Assembly (NCBI GenBank): GCA_965200965.1
Contig: OZ241744.1
Coordinates: 1,536,001 to 1,600,000, forward strand
From: an uncultured Candidatus Binatia bacterium
GTDB taxonomy: Bacteria; Desulfobacterota; Binatia; Bin18
Length of the DNA stretch: 64,000 nt
Direction: 5' to 3'
The position numbers and the translations under genes are program-made. Below the pieces are notes generated by a model. The model saw only the letters and a program-made list of their open reading frames with translations, ran no database searches and had not been told where the DNA came from. The stretch's first letter is position 1; every line of letters starts with the position of its first letter. Below, one piece after another: positions 32,527 through 41,888 of the stretch.

Positions 32527-33216
32527 TCACCGCTTTTTTTCTTGCCGGACCGTCCGACACACCGGGCGCAGCGGACACGCCGGGCAGCGCGGGACCCGCG
32601 TCGTGCAAATAGTCGCGCCGACATCCATAATCGCCTGATTGAAGACATACGCCCGGCTGACCGGGGTGACGTGACGGGCCACGGACCACAGAAAGCGGGG
32701 CGTCTGTTGCTCCCTGGGCAGCGCAAAGAAGCGGCTCAGCACCCGGGCGGCATTGGTGTCGAGGATAGCGGTGGGCCGACGAAAGGCAAAGCTCGATACC
32801 GCACCGGCCGTATAAGGCCCGATACCGGGCAGTTTTTGCAGTCCCTCGGGCGTATCGGGAAAGCATCCGCCGTGGTCGGCGACGATTTTCTGGCTCGTCA
32901 ATTGCAGATTGCGGGCGCGAGCGTAATAGCCTAGCCCGTGCCACATTTCGCGCACCTCGGGCGTATCGGCTCTGGCCAAGTCCTCCACAGTCGGGTAGCG
33001 GGACAAGAACTTCTCGTAGTACAGCAGCGCGCGCTGCACCTGCGTCTGTTGCAGCATCATCTCCGAGACCAGAATCGCATAGGGGTCACGGGTCCGACGC
33101 CACGGCAGGTCACGGCCGTGTTGACGATACCAAGCCATGAGCCGCTGTTGCAGCGCTCGAACGGTCGCCGGATGGGCAATGCGGCCCGGCGGCGGCGCGG
33201 CAGATTGTCGGGCCAT
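32527..33216 (-). CDS. MutY-like A/G-specific adenine glycosylase (catalytic domain only)
   Basis: RDLPWR, ILVSEMMLQQT, WHGLGYYARARNL, HhH LPGIGPYTA and the 4Fe-4S motif CX6CX2CX5C; the ORF ends right after the cluster. Confidence 0.85.
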   Translation of the reverse strand: MARQSAAPPPGRIAHPATVRALQQRLMAWYRQHGRDLPWRRTRDPYAILVSEMMLQQTQVQRALLYYEKFLSRYPTVEDLARADTPEVREMWHGLGYYARARNLQLTSQKIVADHGGCFPDTPEGLQKLPGIGPYTAGAVSSFAFRRPTAILDTNAARVLSRFFALPREQQTPRFLWSVARHVTPVSRAYVFNQAIMDVGATICTTRVPRCPACPLRPVCRTVRQEKKR

Positions 33217-33274
33217 GGCCGGCTGTTGTGACAAAAATCGCAGCCCGAGGCAAGAGACTGGCAGCCCGTTTATC

Positions 33275-33303
33275 TTGACTCCAAGCGGTGGAGGCATTAG
33301 GGT
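33275..33303 (+). promoter_or_regulatory. Sigma70-type promoter
   Basis: TTGACT-17 bp-TAGGGT upstream of the 33376 ORF. Confidence 0.5.
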
Positions 33304-33375
33304 GGTAATGCACCGAACAGTGAGATCGGAGAGAAGCGGCCTATGCGCAAGACGTACTAAGGAGGAAATGGTTTC

Positions 33376-33642
33376 ATGGCAGGACGGGACTCGCTGGAGA
33401 AGATGATTGCGAAGATTTTGCACCGTCACTGCGAGTTTGGTTGGGCCCACTATTACATTCCGAGCGAAAAATTTCCAAACTTGGTGGACGAGTTACTCAA
33501 AGTGTTACAGCCGGCAGAAGAAGCAGGGGAGGAGGAGTTAGTCAGACTTTTTCTCGGCCTGAAACGCTATGCTTCTGAGCAAGAACGGGTCGATCAACTC
33601 CTGACGGTATACCGGGTGTTGAAACGTGAGGAATCATGCTGA
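33376..33642 (+). CDS. Hypothetical 88-aa protein
   Basis: Strong AAGGAGG SD, upstream promoter, protein-like helical composition; fills an intergenic gap. Confidence 0.65.
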   Translation: MAGRDSLEKMIAKILHRHCEFGWAHYYIPSEKFPNLVDELLKVLQPAEEAGEEELVRLFLGLKRYASEQERVDQLLTVYRVLKREESC

Positions 33643-33757
33643 GGTCTGGGTCGGACGCTCACCCAGTTGCCCCAACACTCCGCAGCCGGGCCGATGATCC
33701 TGACACAGGGGGCAGTGCTGGGAGCGGCTCAGGCCCGGGCGGACGGCGAGGTGAGGC

Positions 33758-35506
33758 ATGCTTGAAGCGCAGCGGACCAGGCGCACAGTTGGCGGGCTTC
33801 TGCTTCTGTGTTTCCTGCTCTATTTCTGGGAACTGGGGCGCATCCCCTTCTACAACTACGAAGAGTCAAAAGAAGCGCTGATAGTCTGGGAGATTGTCAA
33901 TGACGGCGGCTGGATTCTGCCCAGGCGCAACGGCACCGAGATGCCGCTCAAACCCCCGCTGTTCCACTGGCTTGGGGCCGGCCTCTCGCTGCTCAGTGGT
34001 CAGGTCAGTGAGTTTGCCGTGCGGGCACCCTCAGCCTTTGCCGCCAGTGCCGCGGTGATACTGACGTTTTTCTTTGGCCAAGCCTTGTGGAACTGGCGGG
34101 TGGGGCTGTTTGCCGCGCTTATACTGGCCACTTCACCGGAGTGGGCGCGCTGGGCCATTCACGCCCGGAGCGACATGCTGCTGGTCTTTTTTCTGACCGC
34201 AGCCATGCTGAGTTTTTTTCATCTGTGGCAACAGCGCGCAACCCAGCGCAGTACCGTATACCTGTTTTATATCAGCCTGGGGCTGGCAACCTTAGCCAAA
34301 GGGCCGCTGGGTTTCCTGCTGCCGAGCCTAGTTATTGTGGCCTTTCTGGCCGAGCGCCGAGACCTGCAATTCCTGTGGCGGATGAAGATTCCGGGCGGGC
34401 CGCTGGTCACGCTTCTGATTGCGGCATCGTGGTATGTGCTGGCCATATCCCAGGGCGGCGGAGAGTTTGTCTCGCGCCAACTTCTGGACGAGAACATCCT
34501 TCGCTTCTTTGCCAGCGACCAGGGTGGGCCGAGTCGGGACCACTCTTTTTACTACTATGTCCCAACCTTATGCGCCGGCCTGTTACCGTGGAGTCTGTTT
34601 TTTCCGGCCCTGCTCTACACCCTGTACCGCTCCCACGGCCGGGACGACCCCAAGCGGCGCTATCTGACTATCTGGTGCGGGGTTGAACTGCTGTTCTTCA
34701 GCTTGGCTTCTGGCAAGCGGAGCAACTACATCCTGCCCCTGTACCCGGCCCTGGCCCTCTTGCTGGGGGGGTGGTGGCAGGAGTTGACAGACCGGGCCGT
34801 GGCCTTCTCCCCCGCGGTCAGGCGACTCACCAAGGGCTCGGCCCTGCTGCTGGGCGGCGGTTTTACGGCCATCGTCCTGGGTCTCCTAGCCCACGGGGTC
34901 GGGCTTGACTTGGCCCATCTCGTTTCCCCCTTCCTGCATCCCCGCGACCAGGCCAACCTGCCCCTGGTCGCCCAGGGTCTCCAGAGCCATTTCCCGGTCG
35001 TCATGGCTTGGCTGGCCATCCTGGCCCTGGCCCTGATCTGGTATTTTATTGGCTTCAGGTCGGAGCAGTGGATGTGGGTGTTTGCCGCCCTGACCGTTCT
35101 GGTGTCCTCCTCGCTGTATTTTACCAACGCCCTCTTTCACCCCATTCTAGCCACCGAGCGAACCTATAAACCGTTCATGCTAGGGGCTCGCTCAACCGTG
35201 CAGGACGCGCCCCTGTATTTCTATAAGAACGCCTATGACTATGGCGCAATTTTTTACGCCGGTCGGCGTATCCCGTCCTACACCCGGGACTTGGCCCAAC
35301 TGGCGACAAACGGCGACGCACAGCTGTATTTGCTCATGCGTGAGGAGGACTGGCACCGACTGCCAACAACCGAATTGCCCCGCCTAGCGCATCTGGTCAC
35401 CAGCCACGGCAGAGGGCCGGATAAAAAGCATCGCTTGGCCCTGATTGCCCTGCTGCCGACACAACACGACCCCGCCAACGGCACACCGCCCGACCCCACG
35501 GACTGA
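33758..35506 (+). CDS. ArnT/PMT-family (GT-C) membrane glycosyltransferase, copy 1
   Basis: KPPLFHW, EFAVRAPSA, ATLAKGP, HSFYYY and SGKRSNYILPLYPALALL; many TMs. Confidence 0.88.
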   Translation: MLEAQRTRRTVGGLLLLCFLLYFWELGRIPFYNYEESKEALIVWEIVNDGGWILPRRNGTEMPLKPPLFHWLGAGLSLLSGQVSEFAVRAPSAFAASAAVILTFFFGQALWNWRVGLFAALILATSPEWARWAIHARSDMLLVFFLTAAMLSFFHLWQQRATQRSTVYLFYISLGLATLAKGPLGFLLPSLVIVAFLAERRDLQFLWRMKIPGGPLVTLLIAASWYVLAISQGGGEFVSRQLLDENILRFFASDQGGPSRDHSFYYYVPTLCAGLLPWSLFFPALLYTLYRSHGRDDPKRRYLTIWCGVELLFFSLASGKRSNYILPLYPALALLLGGWWQELTDRAVAFSPAVRRLTKGSALLLGGGFTAIVLGLLAHGVGLDLAHLVSPFLHPRDQANLPLVAQGLQSHFPVVMAWLAILALALIWYFIGFRSEQWMWVFAALTVLVSSSLYFTNALFHPILATERTYKPFMLGARSTVQDAPLYFYKNAYDYGAIFYAGRRIPSYTRDLAQLATNGDAQLYLLMREEDWHRLPTTELPRLAHLVTSHGRGPDKKHRLALIALLPTQHDPANGTPPDPTD

Positions 35507-35509
35507 GCC

Positions 35510-37267
35510 GTGCATCCACTACCCGCCGCTATCGGCCTCGCTTGCCTCTGCCTCGGCCTGTATGTCTGGGGTCTGAGCGACCTGCCGTTCTACACCAAAG
35601 GCCAGCCCCGAGAAGCCACCGTGGTGTGGGAGATCCATACCCACGGGGAATGGGTCCTGCCCCTGCGCAACGGCCATATCATCCCCTCAAAACCACCACT
35701 GTTTCACTGGCTCGGCGCACTGGCGGCCGGCGGCTTGGGCCAACTCAGCGAGTTCACCATCCGTCTGCCGTCGGCGCTGCTGGCCCTGTTGGGCGTCCTG
35801 CTGACCTACCAGGCGGGGACCGCGGTGTGGGGGGTCAAGGCCGGCCTGCTGGCCGGTGTGTGCCTGGCAACAAGTTTTGAGTGGGTCCGGGCGGCAACCG
35901 CGGCCCGGGTGGACATGACCCTGAGCTTTTTCATGGTCGCTGCCCTGCTGAGCTTCTGGGCCGGTTATCGCGGCCGGCGTTTCGGCTGGCGGCATACGCT
36001 CGGTTTCTTCGGCCTGGCCGGCCTGGCAACCCTGGCCAAAGGGCCTGTCGGCGGTGTGCTGCCGGGCCTGATCGTCGCTCTGTTCCTGCTGGTCCGTGGG
36101 GAGTTGCGCTTTCTGGGCCATATGCGGCTGCTCAGCGGCGGCCTGCTCTACCTGTGCCTAGCCGGCTCGTGGTATGCGCTGGCGCTGTGGCAGGGCGGTG
36201 AGGCGTTTTTTGAAAAGCAGATCATGAAAGAGAATGTGCTCCGGTTTCTCTCCAGCGGCTTGGCCGGTGCCGGCCATGTCCATCCCTTCTACTATTTTGT
36301 TCCCAACCTCTTTCTGGGCATGGCCCCGTGGAGCTTCTTCTTTCTGCCGCTAGGCTCTTTCCTGTATCGCTCCCGTCACCGCTGGGCACGGCAGCAGTTC
36401 CTGTTTCCGCTTGTCTGGTTTGCCACCGTTTTTGTGTTCTACTCGGCCTCGAGCAGCAAACGCAGTGTGTACATCCTGCCCTTGTATCCGGCCGCGGCCC
36501 TGTTGCTCGGGGCGTGGTGGCAGGACTTGCGGCAGGGCGAGGCCGAGCCGTCGCCGGGTCTTGTTCGGCTCCTCCGGGCGAGCGGCGGACTGAGCGCGGC
36601 TGTGGTCGGCAGTGCGCTGCTTGGCGTGGCCGCCCAAGCCGTCGGCCTGGACCTGTTTGTCCTCATCCACCCCCTGCTGCACCCCAAGGATCAGGGGAAT
36701 CTGGCGCTGTTCAGTAACATTGTCGCCGCCTATCCGCTGGCGTTCGGACTGTGGCTAGTGGCTGTCAGCGGGGCACTGCTCGGCTTGGCTCAGGGCTTGC
36801 GCCGACGCTCCTGGGACGCCGTGTTCGGTGTCCTGGCGGTCTTTACCACCAGTATATTTCTACTCGTAAACCATGTTATTCAGCCCACGCTGGCCACGGC
36901 CCGGAGCTACCGGCCGTTCATGGGCCGTGTGCTTGAACAGGTCGGCCCGCGGCCAGTGTTCTTCTACCGCTGCTTTGACAACGGGGCGCTGTTCTACGCC
37001 AACCGGCGTGTCCCGTTTTACGCGCCCGCAGCAACCCCTGCCGAGCCGTATTACATCCTGGCCTGGAAGGCGGAATGGGAGCGCCTGCACCAACTCACTC
37101 CGTCGGCTGAGCACGCAAGCAGCCCCCAGCCCCGTCTGCTCGACACGAGTCGGGGAACCGGGCCAAAGGGCAGAAATCGCCTTACGCTGCTTGAGGTGCC
37201 GGCCGGCCACGCCTTACCGGCCTGGACGGCCGACGAGCAGGGGCGGATCAAGCGCGATGCGATGTGA
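35510..37267 (+). CDS. ArnT/PMT-family (GT-C) membrane glycosyltransferase, copy 2
   Basis: KPPLFHW, EFTIRLPSA, ATLAKGP, HPFYYF and SSKRSVYILPLYPAAALL. Confidence 0.88.
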   Translation: MHPLPAAIGLACLCLGLYVWGLSDLPFYTKGQPREATVVWEIHTHGEWVLPLRNGHIIPSKPPLFHWLGALAAGGLGQLSEFTIRLPSALLALLGVLLTYQAGTAVWGVKAGLLAGVCLATSFEWVRAATAARVDMTLSFFMVAALLSFWAGYRGRRFGWRHTLGFFGLAGLATLAKGPVGGVLPGLIVALFLLVRGELRFLGHMRLLSGGLLYLCLAGSWYALALWQGGEAFFEKQIMKENVLRFLSSGLAGAGHVHPFYYFVPNLFLGMAPWSFFFLPLGSFLYRSRHRWARQQFLFPLVWFATVFVFYSASSSKRSVYILPLYPAAALLLGAWWQDLRQGEAEPSPGLVRLLRASGGLSAAVVGSALLGVAAQAVGLDLFVLIHPLLHPKDQGNLALFSNIVAAYPLAFGLWLVAVSGALLGLAQGLRRRSWDAVFGVLAVFTTSIFLLVNHVIQPTLATARSYRPFMGRVLEQVGPRPVFFYRCFDNGALFYANRRVPFYAPAATPAEPYYILAWKAEWERLHQLTPSAEHASSPQPRLLDTSRGTGPKGRNRLTLLEVPAGHALPAWTADEQGRIKRDAM

Positions 37268-37302
37268 GACCCGCCCTTGCGACGACTCGGTGAACAGGCA
37301 GG

Positions 37303-39372
37303 CTAGACCAGCAACGGCGCAATTACCAGCGCCACAACTGACATCAGCTTGATCAGAATATTGAGCGAGGGACCGGACGTATCTTTGAACGGATCACCAA
37401 CGGTATCGCCCACGACCGCGGCTTTATGCGCTTCTCCGCCCTTTGACTCACCCGGCACTTTCCCGTTTTCAATCGACTTTTTGGCGTTATCCCACGCACC
37501 GCCGGCATTCGACATGAGCAGGGCCAGTAGCACACCGGTGATGGTGGCACCGGCCAGCATACCGCCGAGCGCTGCCGCGCCTAAAACCCACCCTACGAGC
37601 ACTGGGGCAATCACAGCGGTCAGACCGGGGACGATCATCTCTTTGAGGGCGGCCGCGGTGGAAATATCGACGCATCGGGCGGCGTCAGGCCGGGCACCTT
37701 CCCGGCCCTCCAGCAAACCCGGAATTTCGCGGAACTGACGCCGGATTTCATCCACCATCTGCCCCGCGGCGCGGCCAACCGCGGTCATGGTCAGGGCACC
37801 GATATAGAAGGGCAGGATACCGCCCAACAGCAGCCCAATCATCACCGTCGGATCGGTTACAACGATCTGAAGGGGACCTAAGTCGGCCGCCAGCCGGTTT
37901 TGATTAACGGCCTGGGTAAACGCGGCGAACAGCGCCAGGGCGGTCAGCGCAGCAGAACCAATGGCGAAGCCTTTGCCGATGGCCGCGGTGGTATTGCCGA
38001 GGGCATCGAGTCCATCGGTTATCTGACGGACCTCAGGCCCGAGTTCGGCCATCTCCGAGATACCGCCGGCATTATCGGCGACCGGGCCGTAGGCATCAAC
38101 CGTCATAGTGACACCGACCGTTGCCAGCATCCCAACACCGGCAATGCCAATGCCGTACAGGCCGGCAAATTGGTTGGCGATAAAGATGGCCACACAAATC
38201 GCCAGGACGGGCAGCGCACAGCTCTCCAGGCCAACCGCCATCCCGTTGATGATATTGGTCGCATAGCCCGTTTTGCTGGCCTCGGCAATCCGCTCAACCG
38301 GTCCGGCTGAGGTGTAATACTCGGTGATCAGGCCAATGCCGATGCCGACCAGACAGCCGGCACCCAAAGCCCAAAATACTCCGGTGTTGACCGGGGAAGC
38401 TACGACGAGCAGGGAAGCACCGATAAGAAAGACTCCTGCGGCAATAAAGGTTGAGTAGCGGAGGGCCGATTGCGGGCCGATGTTCTTCAGCACCCGCATT
38501 GAGGCAATGCCCAGCAAGGAAGACAGCAGTCCAACCGCAGCCATGCTGAGAGGCAGAGCCATGAGCGCGGCGACGAGGACCCCCCTGTCCGCGCCAGCCG
38601 GTGCTGCTCCGCTGGAGCTGAGGATTGCCAGCAGGGCGTCTTGGGCGGTCGCCCCAATGGCGATTGTCGCAATGATGGACCCGACATAGGACTCAAAAAT
38701 ATCCGCTCCCATACCGGCCACATCCCCGACGTTATCCCCGACGTTATCGGCGATAACGCCCGGGTTGCGCGGGTCGTCCTCGGGAATGCCGGCCTCGACT
38801 TTGCCAACCAAGTCACTGCCAACATCAGCCGCCTTGGTATAAATCCCGCCGCCGACCCGGGCGAACAGCGCAATCGAGCTGGCCCCCATCGCAAAACCGC
38901 TGATGTAGCGTGAGGTCGCCGGGTCAGAGAATACCCCCAGGAAAATCCCCACCCCGAGCAGCCCCAGGCTGGCCACCGCCAGGCCCATCACCGCGCCGCC
39001 GTCAAAGGCGGTCAACAGCGCCGCGGCTTGCCCCTCTGAGCGGGCCGCTTCAGATGTACGCACATTGGCCTTGGTAGCTGACTGCATCCCGAACAGTCCG
39101 GCCATGACAGAAAAGGCCGCGCCCACCAGAAAGGCGACTCCGGTTTGCCAGGCAACGGCCCACATCAGCAACACACAAACCACCACCACAAAGATACTCA
39201 AAATCTGGTATTCGCGCTTGAGAAAGGCCATCGCGCCTTCGTAGATATAGCCTGAAATTTCCTGCATCCGCTCGGTCCCATCTGGCCGGCTGGCGACTGA
39301 GCGGTAGATCAGAAACGCCACCACCAAACCGAGAATGCCTAAAGCGGGCGAGATGTCAGCAAGCATGTCCAT
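37303..39372 (-). CDS. hppA: Membrane-bound pyrophosphatase, K+-dependent, probably Na+-translocating
   Basis: [57 protein letters not shown] and [10 protein letters not shown]; start MDMLAD with a GGGAGG SD. Confidence 0.93.
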   Translation of the reverse strand: MDMLADISPALGILGLVVAFLIYRSVASRPDGTERMQEISGYIYEGAMAFLKREYQILSIFVVVVCVLLMWAVAWQTGVAFLVGAAFSVMAGLFGMQSATKANVRTSEAARSEGQAAALLTAFDGGAVMGLAVASLGLLGVGIFLGVFSDPATSRYISGFAMGASSIALFARVGGGIYTKAADVGSDLVGKVEAGIPEDDPRNPGVIADNVGDNVGDVAGMGADIFESYVGSIIATIAIGATAQDALLAILSSSGAAPAGADRGVLVAALMALPLSMAAVGLLSSLLGIASMRVLKNIGPQSALRYSTFIAAGVFLIGASLLVVASPVNTGVFWALGAGCLVGIGIGLITEYYTSAGPVERIAEASKTGYATNIINGMAVGLESCALPVLAICVAIFIANQFAGLYGIGIAGVGMLATVGVTMTVDAYGPVADNAGGISEMAELGPEVRQITDGLDALGNTTAAIGKGFAIGSAALTALALFAAFTQAVNQNRLAADLGPLQIVVTDPTVMIGLLLGGILPFYIGALTMTAVGRAAGQMVDEIRRQFREIPGLLEGREGARPDAARCVDISTAAALKEMIVPGLTAVIAPVLVGWVLGAAALGGMLAGATITGVLLALLMSNAGGAWDNAKKSIENGKVPGESKGGEAHKAAVVGDTVGDPFKDTSGPSLNILIKLMSVVALVIAPLLV

Positions 39373-39410
39373 TGATAATTTCCTCCCTGTAACATCCTGG
39401 ATGTAAAAAA

Positions 39411-39450
39411 TACGGCCCGCGGGTGAGCTCAACTCCTCCTCTGCACCGCC
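39411..39450 (-). ncRNA. Candidate Na+ riboswitch (DUF1646/Na+-I type)
   Basis: Minus strand GGCGGTGCAGAGGAGGAGTTGAGCTCACCCGCGGGCCGTA: P1 CGGUGC/GGGCCG and P2 GAG/CUC with loop GAGUUGAG. It resembles my recollection of the DUF1646 motif consensus and lies in the 5' UTR of a Na+-type PPase. Confidence 0.62.
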
Positions 39451-39452
39451 GG

Positions 39453-39481
39453 AAGATAGACGCTTCCGGGTCAAGAGTAAA
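39453..39481 (-). promoter_or_regulatory. Sigma70-type promoter for hppA
   Basis: Minus strand TTTACT-17 bp-TATCTT; the predicted TSS falls at about the 5' edge of the candidate aptamer. Confidence 0.5.
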
Positions 39482-39591
39482 GGGGCAGGCCCGACTTGGA
39501 GGGGGAATGTGTTCCGGCTGCGGGACGGGCTGAGTTGGGACGATCTGATCTCTGTGGACGCCTCGAAACGGGAAAAGACAGGAGAGGACAA

Positions 39592-39626
39592 GGGCTGAGG
39601 GGGCGAGCCGCGGCCGCCCCCAGCCT
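39592..39626 (-). terminator. GC-rich hairpin after the alcohol dehydrogenase gene (possible terminator)
   Basis: GGCTG-GGGGCG...CGCCCC-CT-CAGCC stem followed by a pyrimidine-rich, but not pure U, tail. Confidence 0.4.
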
Positions 39627-39629
39627 CGG

Positions 39630-40724
39630 CTACATCACCACTACACTGCGCGCCACCTCGCCCTTTTCCAGCGCGTCCATCGCGTCGTTAATCTCATCCA
39701 GAGCATAGGTTCTGGTTACAAGTTCGTCGAGCTTGATACGTTTGTTCATGTACAGTTCAATCAACCGCGGCATGTCTACCCGGGGCCGTGTTGAGCCGTA
39801 CAGCGAGCCTTTGATGGATTTCTCGGTCAGCAGGCTTGCCGCCGGAATGGTAACAGTCTCTTCAAGCGAGGGCGCGCCGACCACCACCGTCATCCCCCCC
39901 TGACGGGTGCAGGCATAGGCCTGCTCAATCGTTTTGCCCAGTCCGATGACCTCAAACGCATAGTCGGCCCCGCGGTCTTCGGTCAGTTCCCGGACCGTCC
40001 TGACCAAGTCCTCCCGGCCGGGGTTGATCGTATGGGTCGCGCCAAACTCCTTGGCAAACTGGAGTTTGTTATCCATCAGGTCAACGGCGATGATTGTACC
40101 GGCCCCGGCCAGCACACAGCCCTGAATCGTGTTCAGGCCAACACCGCCGCAGCCGATGACCACCGCGCTGCTGCCGGGCTGAACCTTGGCCGTGTTAGTC
40201 GCTGCCCCCAGGCCGGTCATCACCCCACAGCCGACCAGGCAGGCTTTATCCAGGGGAACGTTATCGGGGATGGGGATGCACGCCGTCTGATCCACTACGG
40301 CGTACTCGGCAAAACTCGACAGCCCAGCCATATGGTGAATCGCCTTGCCGTTCTTCTTCAGCCGACACGTCCTGTCCAGCAGGCTGCCCTTGCCCATCGT
40401 TATGCGCATATTGGTGCATAACACCTGACTGCCGATCGAGCAGTAATAGCAGCGCCCGCAGTACGGCGCGAACGATAACACCACATGGTCGCCGGCCTTG
40501 ACTAGGCTGACCCCAGGGCCGACCTCCTCAACAACGCCGGCCCCTTCGTGACCCAGCACCACCGGCAGGGGCAAACGCAGAACCCCGTGAATGACCGAAT
40601 AGTCGCTGTGACACACACCGTTGGCCGCAATTTTGACCCGGACCTCACCGGCCTTGGGGCTGTCCAGGTCCACATCCTCGACCTGCACCGGGGCGTTGAG
40701 TTCGTATAAAACAGCTGCTTTCAT
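39630..40724 (-). CDS. Zn-dependent alcohol dehydrogenase (MDR, class III-like)
   Basis: GVCHSD, GHEGAG, structural Zn motif CGRCYYC...C, GCGVMTG and GCGGVG. Confidence 0.93.
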   Translation of the reverse strand: MKAAVLYELNAPVQVEDVDLDSPKAGEVRVKIAANGVCHSDYSVIHGVLRLPLPVVLGHEGAGVVEEVGPGVSLVKAGDHVVLSFAPYCGRCYYCSIGSQVLCTNMRITMGKGSLLDRTCRLKKNGKAIHHMAGLSSFAEYAVVDQTACIPIPDNVPLDKACLVGCGVMTGLGAATNTAKVQPGSSAVVIGCGGVGLNTIQGCVLAGAGTIIAVDLMDNKLQFAKEFGATHTINPGREDLVRTVRELTEDRGADYAFEVIGLGKTIEQAYACTRQGGMTVVVGAPSLEETVTIPAASLLTEKSIKGSLYGSTRPRVDMPRLIELYMNKRIKLDELVTRTYALDEINDAMDALEKGEVARSVVVM

Positions 40725-41719
40725 ATCTCTCCTCCATTCCTCAGAAATTCACTCTTCAGGACTTGGGCTGACGCACTATGCGGGTCCAGCCGACCGGCCC
40801 CGACTTCCTCAAACAGGCGGGCCAGGGCCGGGTCACGCTCAAGCTGCCCGGTCAAGCGCCGCCGCACCTCGTATTCCACCCGGCCCAGCACCTCCTCCCG
40901 CCGGCGGGCGGTCCGCCGGCGATCAAGCTCCCCACCGCCAGCTAGAAACTGATGGTGTGACTCAATCGCCTGCAATAGTTCGGGCAGGCCGGTAGTGTTG
41001 ATCGCCTGGGTGGCCAGGACGGGGATTTTCCACTGCGGGGCGTTGATCTGGTCGGCCGGCCGATTGCTATACTTGAGTTCCAGCATCAGGGTCAGGTCAG
41101 TCATCATGCGCTGCGCCCCGTCCCGGTCGGCCTTATTGACCGCAAAGATATCGGCGATCTCCATCAGGCCGGCCTTCATCACCTGTACGCTGTCACCGGC
41201 CTCCGGCACCAGGGTGACAATGACCGTGTCACTGGCCCGCATCACATCAAGCTCGGTCTGGCCGACCCCGACCGTCTCGACCAGCACATAATCACAGCGA
41301 AAGGCGTCGAGGAGCTTCATCACGTCCAGGGTGGCGCGAGCTAAGCCGCCGTGGCTGCCGCGCGTGGCCATACTGCGGATAAACACGCCCTTGTCCAGAT
41401 AGTGCTGGCCCATGCGGATACGGTCGCCCAGCAGCGCCCCCCCGGAAAAGGGGCTCGATGGGTCAATCGCCACTACCCCGACCGTCTTCTGGGCAGTGCG
41501 CATCAGGGTCGTCAGGCCGTCAACTAGGCTGGATTTGCCGGCTCCCGGTGGGCCGGTCACCCCGATGGTGAACGCATGACCGAGCCGCGGGGCAATCGCC
41601 TCAAGAATGGGGCCGACCTCCCAGCCCTCGCGTTCAACCAGGGTCATCAGGCGGGCCAGGGCAACGGGGCTCCCGGAGGCCATGTTTTCGAGCAGTTGAT
41701 CGAGCGTGTGGCGTGCCAT
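40721..41719 (-). CDS. meaB: Methylmalonyl-CoA mutase-associated GTPase MeaB/ArgK
   Basis: GVTGPPGAGKSS, IDPSSPFSGGALLGDRIRM, ETVGVGQTE, KAGLMEIAD and VNKAD. Confidence 0.93.
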   Translation of the reverse strand: MARHTLDQLLENMASGSPVALARLMTLVEREGWEVGPILEAIAPRLGHAFTIGVTGPPGAGKSSLVDGLTTLMRTAQKTVGVVAIDPSSPFSGGALLGDRIRMGQHYLDKGVFIRSMATRGSHGGLARATLDVMKLLDAFRCDYVLVETVGVGQTELDVMRASDTVIVTLVPEAGDSVQVMKAGLMEIADIFAVNKADRDGAQRMMTDLTLMLELKYSNRPADQINAPQWKIPVLATQAINTTGLPELLQAIESHHQFLAGGGELDRRRTARRREEVLGRVEYEVRRRLTGQLERDPALARLFEEVGAGRLDPHSASAQVLKSEFLRNGGEI

Positions 41720-41888
41720 GCGTTGCGGTGTGTCTCCTTGTCAGCCCGCCGGCGACTATCGGCGGTCAGCCCTCCGGTACCTTGCATGTATCCTAGCAGA
41801 CCCGCGGCATTTCTTTAAGATGGGGCCGAGCGGCTCGGCCCGGACAGCTCAACGCCGGCGTGGTATGCTGCACCCGGAGGAGAAAGAG

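Noticed and set aside
39449-39469. CCGGAAG-N7-CTTCCGG inverted repeat over the hppA promoter
   Set aside because: It could be an operator, but it is a single instance with no cognate regulator nearby, so it is not called separately.
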